A stretch of DNA of 63,990 nt, counting the filler, from Octopus bimaculoides (Eukaryota): NCBI RefSeq assembly GCF_001194135.2. It is 7 parts of 6 records of this genome, joined end to end, with 100 filler letters (N's around TTAATTAATTAA, not from the genome) between each part and the next. Parts side by side here need not be neighbours in the genome. Positions count along the whole stretch, not along the records: positions 25,022 to 30,718 come from NC_068985.1; positions 30,819 to 34,863 come from NC_068996.1; positions 34,964 to 55,250 come from NC_068983.1; 4 more parts are not named here. The stretch is one strand, 5' to 3'. Below the pieces are notes generated by a model. The model was not told the DNA's origin. It ran no database searches and worked only from the letters and a program-made list of their open reading frames with translations. The translations under genes and the position numbers were made by a program. Shown here piece after piece: positions 26,122 to 38,604 of the stretch (position 1 is its first letter; every line of letters begins with the position of its first letter).

Positions 26122-26723
26122 AGAACATAGTTAGATATTATAGAATGTAGAAAAGTAAAAGGATTTGGTCTTACACGGATAATAATTCGGGATTTTGGAT
26201 AAGGCAGATGCATTGTTTGTTAATATTCATGCGTCGTTTTATTCTACGCTGTATTAAGTAGGGCGTCACAGTTACTGCTTTTATATCTGTAGTGAGCTTA
26301 GTGAGAAAATGTTGGACTGATAAAGATAGTTATGGTCGTGGTGTTTACTACTTTCACGATTCAAATCGAATTTGTGAATCGTATAGGGCATGTTCGCAGG
26401 ATTGCAGGATTGTTAGTTGCTATTGATAAGTGATTAACGAAATATTGATCTCATGGCTCCTTCCTATCATAAAATGGCAATAAAATTTGCCACTAACGGC
26501 CAATTCGTACAGAAAATGAAATGGTAATTCTAGAAACATCGAAGATCTTTAAGATATACTGTTCCAAACAACTCATAAGAAAGTATGATAAAGATATAAA
26601 TAGTTCATATCTTATAAAATGACGATGGTAATAAGGGAATGTTTGTGTAAAAGCATCAGAACAATTATTACAAGGGATTTTCTTCTGAAAACATCATTTT
26701 ATGTGATTTCTCACAAATGTTCT

Positions 26724-27060
26724 TTTATTCTTTTATCTGTTTCAGTCATTTGACTGCGGCCATGCTAGAGCACCGCCTTTAGTCGAACAAACTGACCCCA
26801 GAACTCATTATTTGTAAACCTGGTATTTATTTCATCGGTCTCTTTTGCCGAACCGCTAAGTTACGGGGACATAAACACACCAGCATCGGTTGTCAAGCGA
26901 TGGTGGGAGACAAAAACAGACACACACACATACACGCACGCACACACACACACACACACGCACACACTATGCATACGACTGACCTTCCCCATCCTCTGTC
27001 CACCAAATCCACCCACAAGGCACCGGACGGCCCGAGGCTATAGAAGAAGACACTACCCAA
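26724..27060 (-). mobile_element. SINE family A copy
   Basis: ttcttttattcttttatctgtttcagtcatttgactgcggccatgctagagcaccgcc... through the central domain. Confidence 0.9.
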
Positions 27061-27794
27061 GTGTATATTACGAAGTTACCTTCGTTTTTGCTTCTCTAAA
27101 GCGTAGTACTTTAGTTAAGTGAGCGCTGATGCAATCCCAGTATTACGTTATTGAGTTTCCCGTAGAAGATTCGAGAGATGTATCTGTATATTTCTATATT
27201 TTCGCTCATCAACACAAAAATAACTTGTATTTGTGTGTGTGTGTGTGTATGTGTGTTATTACAAGTTCTTTAAATAAGTGTGCAACTCTTTTTATACAAT
27301 ATTCATTCATTCAAGTAAACCGCGTTGCCATCTGCGGCTCTCTAAATTTTTTGAAAGTTTGTTCAACTTCAAAGTTAATCTCACGTGTCTTGTTTCCGGA
27401 GACAAGTCTCGTTTCCATAGCCAAGTCTCATTTCGTTGATAAGACTCGTTTCCGTGGCTAAGTTTCCTTTCCGTGACCAAATCCCGTTTCCGGATTGACT
27501 CACACGACACAACAAGTAAGTCCAACATGCCACTGTTCATCCACGGGTACCTATTATCTTTCCATTCTCTATACACATGACTTCTGGTATATTTCCGTTT
27601 CGAACTGGATGGGAATTAATTTTTTCTAACTTATGATTTTGGGGTGTAGATTAGTTTTCACATTTCTCTGTCATCATTGGAACCGTTTCCTGTCATATAC
27701 AGAACAGCTACACTTGTAAAACCGAGATGCACAGGGTATAAATTCTTAGCGCATTTGTAAAAGTCGGTCGCATTTGTTAAAGAGAAGTGATAGA

Positions 27795-29026
27795 GGGATA
27801 AATCCTTCTCTCAAAATCCTCATTTAAAGGTAAACAGATTCATACAGAAAGGAAACTATATCAAGTGAATCTCTATACCACTGTATTGTATTATGGTAAA
27901 GCGCTTTCTGAAATTCTCACTTAAATATAAACGCATTTATAAAGGAAAGAAACAATGTCGTTGTGTGATATCCATGGCCTATAATTTTCTACAATTACTC
28001 TTTAGTAATTCACCCACAAAAGCATTCAGACAAGAGACAAAAATATAAAGCTACGCTTATCTATTATATATCATTGTCTTGAAATGATCGCTTGTTTATT
28101 CACAAAAGCATTCGTGTTGGAGAGAAACCATATCACTGTCATATTGGAATTAATTTTCTCAATTTCGTCAACATTTTAACAGTTTTAAATATTATAAGGT
28201 TTATTATCTCTCTCAAGCTTTATTTAATTCCATTACATAAGCTTTATCTAACTCCATAATTGTCGGGTTGACTCAAATAGCACAACAATTCTCTCCAACT
28301 TGCTACGCTTTCGCTAACAGAAGTGTTGTTTCTCTCGCTTCTTGTGTCAAACTCATTCAGAGTTGGCTTGGGTAAGTTTTAAAACTTATCCCTTGATTTA
28401 GTCTCAGCTGCACTTACAGAAGCCAGTTGCACTTACAAAAATCCAGCAGCAAATACTGTAAAAGCCAACTGCATTTATTGCAAAAGCCAGTTGCACTTGT
28501 TAAAGACGAGCAGTTATCGTAAAAGCAAGTTGTACTTATTGTGAAAGTCAGCTGTATTTATTTGTTGAAGAAAAGCCATATCACAGCTGCTGTTTTCGCT
28601 TAGCTCCAAGCTGAATCCGATCGAAATGATTTATGATTAAAGACAATCCAATGTTAACCATCTCGTCTTTTTTCTTGAGTACAAGTAGCTTAGGACCACA
28701 TAATCCACACTGCCTAAATCTCTCTAAAATTACGATCTAGATTTGGCTACTATTTCCAGCATTATGAACGATTACGTTAAGGCTTTCTCATTGGCTCGTC
28801 GTATCACTGTTTCACCGTGGTAAATCATTCCCTCAAATCTTCAATTAAATACAAATGCATTCATACAAGAGAGAAACCATATCACTGTGATATCTGAGGC
28901 AAATCATTCTCTCGAATTAATCACTAATATACTCACAGAACCATTCATACAATAGAGAAGCCACATCCCTGTGATATCTGGAGTAAATTGTTATCTAAAT
29001 CTCGTTAGCATTATTATCACCAGTCC
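27795..29026 (+). pseudogene. Degenerate C2H2 zinc-finger array (two blocks: ~27795-28165 and ~28797-29026)
   Basis: Frame from 28853: [49 protein letters not shown]. Upstream remnants DKSFSQNPHLK, IHTERKLYQ and IHKSIRVGEKPYHCHI match the HTGEKPYxC linker consensus. In-frame stops and frameshifts. Confidence 0.85.
28400..28580. repeat. Degenerate ~20-22 bp tandem repeat
   Basis: About 6-7 variants of aaaagccagttgcactta(c/t). Confidence 0.7.
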
Positions 29027-29339
29027 GTTAAATAATTGTTCAGATCCTTTATTGCAATTTCTTTGTACAGTTGTCAGCCAAATAATCGTGTCACCGTACG
29101 AGACCGTTTAACCCTCTGAGATATTGTTCAGTTCCACTGCTATGCTCCACCGTCGAATATCAATCTCTGCTCCCAAGTGCCTCAAGCGTGACTATCGCTT
29201 GTTATTTCTTTGTGCCTGAAACTGCCGTTAATGTTCTGTGAAACTGTTGCAGGTGAACACCCACAGAAAAGAATGAGCAGAGAATAGATTCCAGAATACC
29301 GACATTATGAGGAAGAAAGATTAGACATAGCGATTAAGT

Positions 29340-29680
29340 ACAGAGGGGGCGGATGCAACAAGGGGAGAAGAGAAGGGAAAGAGACAAGTGGGTGTGAGAT
29401 GTCTGGGTGTTGGAGGTACGAGATTCGAGGAAATGAAGCTAATATAGTTGCAATGGAAAAGAGGAACCACCACACATGTGGGCAAGAGGCTAGAGTATAT
29501 CTTTTAGTGATGGTATGCCAATCAACCAAGCTGCAATTCTTTAGATGTGGCCCTGGATGTCTGTGTACGTTGCAGCTATACCATCCCAGATGTGGATGCT
29601 GTACTCCATTGCGGACCTCACTTGAGGTTTATTTAACAACAAAACCAAGTTCGGCGAGAATAGCACATTAATCAAGGCCT
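29340..29680 (-). mobile_element. Degraded non-LTR retrotransposon RT C-terminal fragment (CR1/Jockey-group-like)
   Basis: Minus frame LNKPQVRSAMEYSIHIWDG...HI*RIAAWLIG resembles the YKAQVRPxMEYCSHLW...IQRRAxRLI region. Confidence 0.55.
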
Positions 29681-30394
29681 CTCTGCAATGCTAAATAAAC
29701 AGTCAGTGCTGCAAGATAGTACACAGTAGACTTCCGGTTAGTACCATTTGTTTCTACCGCATATCCAATCTCCGTCTCTTTGTTTAAATTATCGGTGTAT
29801 TTGGTTATATATAGAATTTCTCTGCAATGCAATGTTGGCATTGCCTCGCTTCGTTTAAGCTCAGACTTCTGTTTTCACGACACAATATAATAACAGAAAA
29901 ACATAATAGCTCAATCGATGCCCTGGTAAACTTCATACATAGATATCGTATACACCGCTGTTCTACTTGAATAGGTGTTTCTCGTCGGCTCTGATGATGA
30001 GAAATTACTCCATGAAAACAAAACATTGTGATTTATCTTTGCTTTTTTCATTTTACTTCTTTCGATCATCAGACAGCGGCCATGCTGGGGCACCGCCTTC
30101 AAGAGTTTCAGTCGAACGAATCAACGCCAGTACTTTTTTTTAAAGAACTTGGTGCTTGTTCTATCTCGGTCTTTTTCCGAACCACCATGTTACGGAGACG
30201 TAAACACACCAACACTGGCCACTTCAAGTAGTCGTGGTGTATTTATGACAGACCAGGACTGCTTGAAAATGCTCACATAAATACACACACACACGCATAT
30301 GTATATATAGAGAGATATATATATACATATTTATATATATGTGTGTATGTATATATATATTTATATACATATTTAATTATATATATATATATAT

Positions 30395-30652
30395 TTACAT
30401 TATTTACATTATTTACATTTGACGGATATTCGTCCTCATCTTGTTTGTTGTTAACACAACGTTTCGGCTGATATACCCTCCAGCCTTCGTCAGGTGTCTT
30501 GGGGAAATTTCGAACCTGGGTTCTCATTCCTATCGATGTTACTATTATTATTATTATTACTATTATTAATCAGGTCGCTGCCGTGAATCGAACTCGGAAC
30601 CTTGGGGTTAGTAGCCCGCGCTCTTAACCACTACGTCATATGCCCGTGAGCA
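30395..30652 (-). mobile_element. tRNA-Arg-like SINE with Penelope-like tail (best-preserved copy)
   Basis: Head gggcatatgacgtagtggttaagagcgcgggctactaaccccaaggttccgagttcgattc, short (AAT)n, and tail with gacacctgacgaaggctg...cagccgaaacgttgtgtt plus (taaataatg)n. Confidence 0.85.
30453..30498 (-). ncRNA. Minimal hammerhead-like motif (variant with extra A)
   Basis: Minus strand: GACAC-CUGACGA-A-GGCUG[gagggtatat]CAGCC-GAAA-CGUU-GUGUU. Stem I is 5 bp, stem II 5 bp, and stem III is reduced to palindromic ACGU. Confidence 0.55.
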
Positions 30653-30832
30653 ATTATGGGGTGAATTTTAAGGCTTATAAATCTATTATTTTTCTATCCT
30701 TCCTCAATACCGGTTCCCNNNNNNNNNNNNNNNNNNNNNNNNNNNNNNNNNNNNNNNNNNNNTTAATTAATTAANNNNNNNNNNNNNNNNNNNNNNNNNN
30801 NNNNNNNNNNNNNNNNNNTATATAAAGTGAGG

Positions 30833-31148
30833 CTCATGGCTTAGTGGTTAGGGTAATCAACTCACGATCTTAAGGTCGTGAGTTCAATTCCCAGCGACGC
30901 GTTCTGTCCTTGAGCAAGACACTTTATTTCACGTTGCTCCAGTTCACTCAGTTAGTAAACATGAATTTTACCGGTAATTCAAAAGAGCCAGCCTTGTCAC
31001 ACTCTGTCATGCTGAATTTTCCTGACGACTTCGCTAAGGGTACACGTGTCTGTGGAGTGTTCAACCACTTCCATGTCGATTTCTCGGCCAGGCTGTTCCA
31101 TTGATCGGATCAACTTGAACCCTCGTCGTCGTAACAGACGGAGTACCA
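30833..31148 (+). mobile_element. CORE-type SINE (family B2)
   Basis: tRNA head, CORE-like tgtccttgagcaagacactttatttcacgttgctccagttcactcag, and a body/tail shared with 523-891. Second copy at ~61790-62120(-). Confidence 0.85.
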
Positions 31149-32388
31149 GTATATACATAAATACACTCACACACATACACACACACCTACGTAAATGTCG
31201 AACGATGAAAATGTGTGTTCAACACTACATTGATGGATAAAATTTCTTTATTTTTGAATTAAGTCTACCTTTAGTTTCATGTTTAAGAAAATTGGGAAAA
31301 TATCTTAATATCGTATCAATTTTTCAAGCTGATCACATGAAGGAATGGCGTTCGTCTTCTTTATGTCTATCCAAAATGTAGACGAACAATATATATACAT
31401 ATATCTGCAATCTGTGAGTGGGAACAGTAAAAATATGCAAGACTTTTCTCAAGTTCCAAATGTGAATTTGTCTGTGATAACTACATCCCAAAGACGGAGC
31501 CTTGTATCTTTGTTGGAAACCAGCTCCCTCCCCAGTGAAAGATTTATAATAATTAAAAAATAGAAGTGACATTCATATATGGGCTTCCACACAGATTGAT
31601 GTGTACTAAATTCATTCAGAATGCATTAGTCGATCCGAGTTTGTTGAAAACACTTGCTGCGGATGCCGCACAATGACACAACCCCGCCCCCCCCAAAAAA
31701 AAAACCCCACGTTTTTGTGAATCGAACTTCTTAACCACACAAGCATGTCTGCGCTACTTCACGTGTTTTTGTAAGATGTTCCCTCTTTCATTATCGTTTC
31801 CTGTGTTGCTGATATCCAATATTACCGGGTGGACAAAAAACAATGGCAAAGCAACTGAAGCATAAATTTTATTTAACTGTTTATTCATTGTTGTTTTTGC
31901 GTTGTTGTTGGTGGTGGTGCTGGTGGTGCTGGTGGTTGTGGTGGTGGTGGCATTGGTGGTGTTGGTGGTGGTGGTGGTGGTGGTGGATGTAGGCGGCGGT
32001 GCCGTTATTGTAGAGTTGTGTATTATATTGAAACACATTGTCCAATCCATCTTTCTTTTTTTTTCAATTTGAAGGAGATATAATTTGGCTGTTATTTCTA
32101 GCAGATCGATCGCCCAATGAAGAATCTTTAAATGGCTCATCCTTGTCGACCTCGTTGTTGTTCTTTAGTTGTAGATTAACTCTAATTCAGCAAACATATA
32201 ATCAAAGGCACTCCGTTAGTGACCATCCCGTTTTATTTTTGTTTTGTTTTTTGTTTTGTTTGCTTTTTTTCATTGTTTTTAGAAGTATGTCTTAGAAAAC
32301 GTAACCCTATGTCTACTTCCTTTTATCAAGACAATCGTGTGGTGGTTTGAGAGCCACTTGGTTGCTCTTTCTAGTAGGCATTTCGGCC

Positions 32389-33228
32389 GGATCTTTCTGA
32401 TTTGGGACACTGGTAGAATGGGTCATATAAAATATCTTTTACTCTTAGTGTTATTGAAAAATTTTTATCTTTTTACAGTTATTTCGTGTTAAAATTGTCG
32501 TATTTCGGTAATTTCAACCAATCACTGACGTCTATTGAGGTGAAAACGATTACTGCTGTGGAATGTAAACGACACGTTCTAGCGGTGTAATGGGATCTTT
32601 TCCCTTGAATAAAATTAGTGCCGTTGTTTAGCAACAACAACTATCGGTGGCACTGTTATCTATGACATCGTTCGCGCGTTTGTACTGGTTTTAGCTTTAG
32701 GGTTTTAGGGTTAGGGTTCGAGTTTTAGAGTTAGTGTTAGGGTTGTTTTGTGAAAATTTTGTGGCGGTGTATTAAACAGATTTTCACCAAATTTGGCAAA
32801 AATACTCATAGCCCTAACCCTAACCCTAAAACCGTAACCCTAACTCTAAAACCCGAACCCTAACCCTAAAACCCTAAAGCTAAAACCAGCACAAACGCAC
32901 GAACGATGTCATAAATAACAGTACCGCCGATAGTTGTTGTTGACAAACAACGGCACTAATTTTATTCAAGGGAAAGATCCTATTACACCGCCACAACATG
33001 TTGTTGACAAACCACAGCAGTGATTGTTTTCACCTCAATAGACGTCAGTGATTGGTTGAAATTGCCGAAATACGACAACTTTTAACATGAAATAACTTCG
33101 AATATAAAATTTTTTCTCTGTTCTATAAGACAAAATATACAAGTATACGAAGTTTTAAAGTGTTTCGATAGAAAACACACTAAATAAAACATAAAAAAAA
33201 AACGGCGCCTGCCAAATCAGAAAGATCC
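32389..33228. mobile_element. Non-autonomous foldback DNA transposon (Merlin-like) with internal telomere-like repeats
   Basis: Perfect 17-bp TIR GGATCTTTCTGATTTGG (32389-32405 / 33212-33228). 8-bp TSD TTTCGGCC / TTTCGGCA (32381-32388, 33229-33236). Long internal inverted arms 32477-33097 with TTAGGG / CCCTAA tracts. Confidence 0.8.
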
Positions 33229-33244
33229 TTTCGGCACTATAAAA

Positions 33245-33490
33245 CAGTATTTCTCAACCAATTTTTAACCTGTGGACCCCTTAGATCCTTATTTTACTCG
33301 GGTGGACCTCACTAACCATTCGATGTTAAAAAAAAAATCCCATTATATTTATGCAGTCAAATATTGGCAATTTTACGAAAATAATTATTGAAATATTTTG
33401 TGTATTATAGAAAGAAGTATAAGATCAGTTTTAACAACAAAATTTTCTATGGATCCCTACCCCACAAGGGCCATATGAACCCAGACGCAT
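33245..33490 (+). mobile_element. Possible hAT/Charlie-type MITE
   Basis: 5' end cagtatttctcaacc...tgtggacccc resembles the CAGTGGTTCTCAAC hAT terminus (recall). Right end unclear. Confidence 0.4.
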
Positions 33491-34248
33491 GAGACAAAGC
33501 TCATCATCAAGCGGGCCGCACTGCTAAAAAGTGCCAAGGTAATTCATTTTTTTTTCGTTATGCGTCCAGTTCAGAAAATCCCACGGGTAGCAGTTTGCCT
33601 ATGGATGATACAAAAGCTTATTATTTATTCCCTAATCGTCAGTAATACGGACAGGTAGTAATAACATGAGAATGAGAAGTGAGAGAGAAAGAAGGAAGGA
33701 AGAGAAAAAGAGAAAGAGAAAGAGGAAGACGCGAGAGTGGGAACGGGGAAAAAAGAGGAGGAGAGGGACAGACAGGAAGAGAAGAATGAAACAGACTATC
33801 AGGGTGAAATGGATTCGATGGAGAGGTGGGAAAGAAAGGGGGGGGGCGGATTCAGACGGATGACGGAATTGGTGTCATGGACTTAGAGGCAAGTCTTAGT
33901 TACAAAGACAGGAAGTACCAAAGTAGACAAACGCCATTTGTTAAACAACTAATGCCTTTTCTTCTTGTCGGCATAGCTGTGGTCATTATTATCGTTTTTG
34001 TTGTTATCTCTGACCCTGTTTTTTATTATATTGTTCTTTATCCTTTTGTTTATTGTTTTCTTTTCTTTGTGTATGTTAGTTTTCTTTCGTGCATGTATGT
34101 ATGTATGTATGTATGTATGTATGTATGTATGTATGTACGTGTGTGTGTGTGTGTATGTATGTATAAAGACAAAGAAAGACACAGAGAGATGGATATACAT
34201 ACATATATGTTATATTATACACACGCGTTTATATGTAATATGTGTAGA

Positions 34249-34283
<35 letters not shown>

Positions 34284-34345
34284 GCAGGCAGACAGACAGA
34301 TAGATAGATAGATATATAGACAGATAGATAGATTAGATAGGTAGG

Positions 34346-34412
<67 letters not shown>

Positions 34413-35221
34413 GCACACACACAAGTTCGTGTATGTATGGGTGTATATATGTGTATATGTGTGTAATGCTTTCGTGTGTGCTGTCTATGCATGGTGAGTA
34501 GATATAATCTTTCATTCTTTTATTCTTTTACTTGTTTCAGTCATTTGACTGCGGCCATGCTGGAGCACCACTTTTGGTCGAACAAATCGACCTCAGGACT
34601 TATTCTTTGTAAGCCTAGCACTTATTATAGCGGTCTCTTTGGTCGAACCGCTAGGTTACGGGCATAGGAGTGGCTGTGTGATAAGTAGCTTGCTTACCAA
34701 CCGCATGGTTCTGGGTTTAGTCCCACTGCGTGGCACCGTGGGCAAGTGTCTTCTACTATAGCCTCGGGCCGACCAAAGCCTTGTGAGTGGATTTGGTAGA
34801 TGGAAACTGAAAGAAGCCCGTCATATATATATATATTTGTATGTGTGTATATGTTTGTGTCTGNNNNNNNNNNNNNNNNNNNNNNNNNNNNNNNNNNNNN
34901 NNNNNNNTTAATTAATTAANNNNNNNNNNNNNNNNNNNNNNNNNNNNNNNNNNNNNNNNNNNNTATATATATATATATATATGGGGGTTGTATGCATGGA
35001 TGTGTGTATATATAGACATGTATGTTTATGCACTCAAACACATAGCCTTAAGAGTAACCTTACTCATAACATCGCATACATTTACACTTATATGTGCATA
35101 TAAAACTACTATCACTATGCATACACTTATATTTCCTTATATAAATTTCATCATCCTTATCATAACCATCGTCATCCTCCTCATCACCATCACCATCATT
35201 CATCATCATCATCACCATCAC

Positions 35222-35253
<32 letters not shown>

Positions 35254-35839
35254 ACATCATCCATTTTTAGTTACATTCATTATTCCAGGCCACCACTTTA
35301 ACCACCACCTCATCCACCTCCACCACCAACAGCAACACCAGCACCAACACCAACGCTACCATTGCAACGTCTCCACTTCATGCTGTTAGATATGTAAGCT
35401 GACTTCCCATCTAGAACAATCACCACCCTGCTATGATCAGTTCAAATATAGAGCCAACCAGTCTTGTTCATAGATTTTAAGATACTTTGTGATTCAGAGT
35501 CAGCTGATTGAAGCTGGGGTTTTAAAGGGAAGTTCCCTTTGTATGACCCTGATATGGAACAAGAGACTTGGATTTTTTGCTTTATTTATTGATTCATAGA
35601 TGCATATATGTTATTCATGCATGTGTACATGTGTCTATATATATATGTGTGGGTGTTAGTTTGTATGTATTTACAAATGTATTTACTTTGTGAGATGTAT
35701 TTTTGTTTGCTTCTGCTTGACTTTAGGAGCCCTATTGCTTACTCTTAATTTTGCAGACATGGGAAAGAAGTATTTCTTAGATAGGGATACATATGTATAT
35801 ATGTATGCATGTATGTACATATTGATGGATAGATGAATG

Positions 35840-35884
<45 letters not shown>

Positions 35885-36105
35885 NNNNNNNNNNNNNNNN
35901 NNNNNNNNNNNNNNNNNNNNNNNNNNNNNNNNNNNNNNNNNNNNNNNNNNNNNNNNNNNNNNNNNNNNNNNNNNNNNNNNNNNNNNNNNNNNNNNNNNNN
36001 NNNNNNNNNNNNNNNNNNNNNNNNNNNNNNNNNNNNNNNNNNNNNNNNNNNNNNNNNNNNNNNNNNNNNNNNNNNNNNNNNNNNNNNNNNNNNNNNNNNN
36101 NNNNN

Positions 36106-36142
<37 letters not shown>

Positions 36143-37813
36143 TTATATATATATGTAGACATGTTTTGAGGTATTCATTCATAGATGAAGAGATAAACAG
36201 AGAAAGAAAAAGAGAGAGTGACAGAAAGAAAAGGTTAGTGATCGAATAATTAACATGTTAGGCTTCTGACCTGGTGGTCGTAAGTTCAAGTCTGTCATAA
36301 GCATTTTAGAAGAATGAACATTTATAGGAAACTTAAACATTTACTTGCTCAACGTAACCTTAAAAGCTGAATGAATGATGTAAATGCTTGGGAAACATAT
36401 ACATATCTAAGCAAAAACACATGCACACTTGCACTCACACAGAGAAACTTGTGCATACACAGATTTATACAAATAACCACATAACTAAAATAAATCTTTC
36501 TAAATACCACTGTGAGCCATAGAAATTTTATGAAGCTGAAGGTCTATTCTTGTTTGCAGTTGGTAATAGAACTAAATCAGAAGACAGATTTTGAGTCACT
36601 TGGATTGTTCAAGCCCTCACAAGGATCTGAGATCAGGTCTTATAAAGATTTCTTGCCAATGAAGAAAGAGCCGGTTTCTAACCTAGATCCAAGGCTCCTG
36701 CATTGGAGTTTTAACAACACAAGCAGGGTAGTTTTGCATGTATGTATGTATGTATGTATATGTGCAAATTTGTATGTTTTGTTTTATGCATGAATATATG
36801 TATATGTGCAGATTTGTATGTTTTGTTTTATGTATGTATTTTCATGCATATATTTGCATGTCTAGACATGACCATATATAGTTAAGTGATAAACTTCTGG
36901 AATATTTTACAGATTTTTACAGTTCCAGTGATGGCTTGAATCTGTATGTATGTTCATACATATGTACGTACATACATATGGATGGATGCATTCATTGTTT
37001 AACTAATGATGAGCCATCTAAAGCATAAATTTGCAAACTAAACTGTCCACTACAGTATTAGCCTAACCTATGACTGCTTTATAGATGAATATTCTATGCT
37101 TTGATTTGGAAAGGATATATTTGTTTTCTCTGAGAAGCAGTAAATCAACAGTGAAACTCTGTATCTGGAATCTCACAACTATTTTTTCCACACAAAGAAA
37201 CATAAAAGGAATGTGCATACACTCTTGTCATTTCTTACCACAGCTAATGGTTTTCTAATATTTATAAAAATGAGTATATTTATATATATAAATTCATACT
37301 TTGGACTTGTTATTGAAGATTTAATCTGCCACCTACACTGAATAAATATGGTTTGGTATTGTAGTAGAAGACTTAGTAAATTTGTACTGAGTTGATTATG
37401 AATTTTAAGATAAACTTTAAGCATAACATTTCAAAAATGTCTATTACCACATATCAAAAATACTCCCACATTTAATTTACCAAGCTGACTGATGTTTCAG
37501 AAACACTCAAAATAGTAGCCAAATCACCCTTAAATCATGCTCTACTCATCTAAATAAGGAAAGGACTCATTAGATAATGTTGTTCTAGATATTTCTAACT
37601 CCAAAAGACAAGATGGCTATAGTTATAATGCATTTGATGATATATCTGTTCACTCAGTTTATCAGGGACTAAATAACTTCAGCAAATGATAGGTAAATAA
37701 AATCATTTACAACTAGATCTTTAATATTGGTGTCTTTTACAAAATATATTAAAGAAAATACACTATCCTGTAAGGTTTTTCAATACACAGTTATATCTAT
37801 TATATAATTTAGA

Positions 37814-37850
<37 letters not shown>

Positions 37851-38604
37851 NNNNNNNNNNNNNNNNNNNNNNNNNNNNNNNNNNNNNNNNNNNNNNNNNN
37901 NNNNNNNNNNNNNNNNNNNNNNNNNNNNNNNNNNNNNNNNNNNNNNNNNNNNNNNNNNNNNNNNNNNNNNNNNNNNNNNNNNNNNNNNNNNNNNNNNNNN
38001 NNNNNNNNNNNNNNNNNNNNNNNNNNNNNNNNNNTGTGTGTGTGAGTGTGTGTGTGTGTGTGCATGTGTGCATGCGTGCGTGCGTGTGTGTGTGTGTGTG
38101 AGTGTGTGTGTGTGTGTGTGCGTGTGTGCGTGTGGTGATTTGTGAACCACTTGAGATGGATTTAATTATTGTTGGGACAGACTGTGAGAGACAAACAATC
38201 ACATATAGTAATATAGACAGATTGGCAAAGCAAGAAAGGGCGTGAGGGGAAAAGGAAAAAAGAGGGAGAGAGAGTGGGAGAACTAGTGAGATAGAAAATG
38301 AGTCACCAGACATCAAACAATTTTCTTTTACTTTATTGATCTAACTTCACATAAAATTATTATATATATATATACTATGTTTGTGTGTGAGTGTGTGTTT
38401 ATGTGTGTGTGTGAGTGTGTGTTTATGTGTGTGTATGAGAGGGAGAGGGAGAGAGAGAGAGAGGGAGAGAAAGAGATCAAAATCTTATATTGATACAAGA
38501 CATACAGTATAACTGTATCTGTGTGTACCAGTGCTAAAAGAGTGTTAAATAGCAATATGTGATAAGTGTACAATGTCCCATAAAGTTGCTTTTGAGGTTT
38601 TTTA

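Noticed and set aside
32690-32885. (TTAGGG)n...(CCCTAA)n read as a chromosome fusion site
   Set aside because: The tracts are embedded in long inverted arms bounded by TIRs and a TSD, which a transposon explains better.
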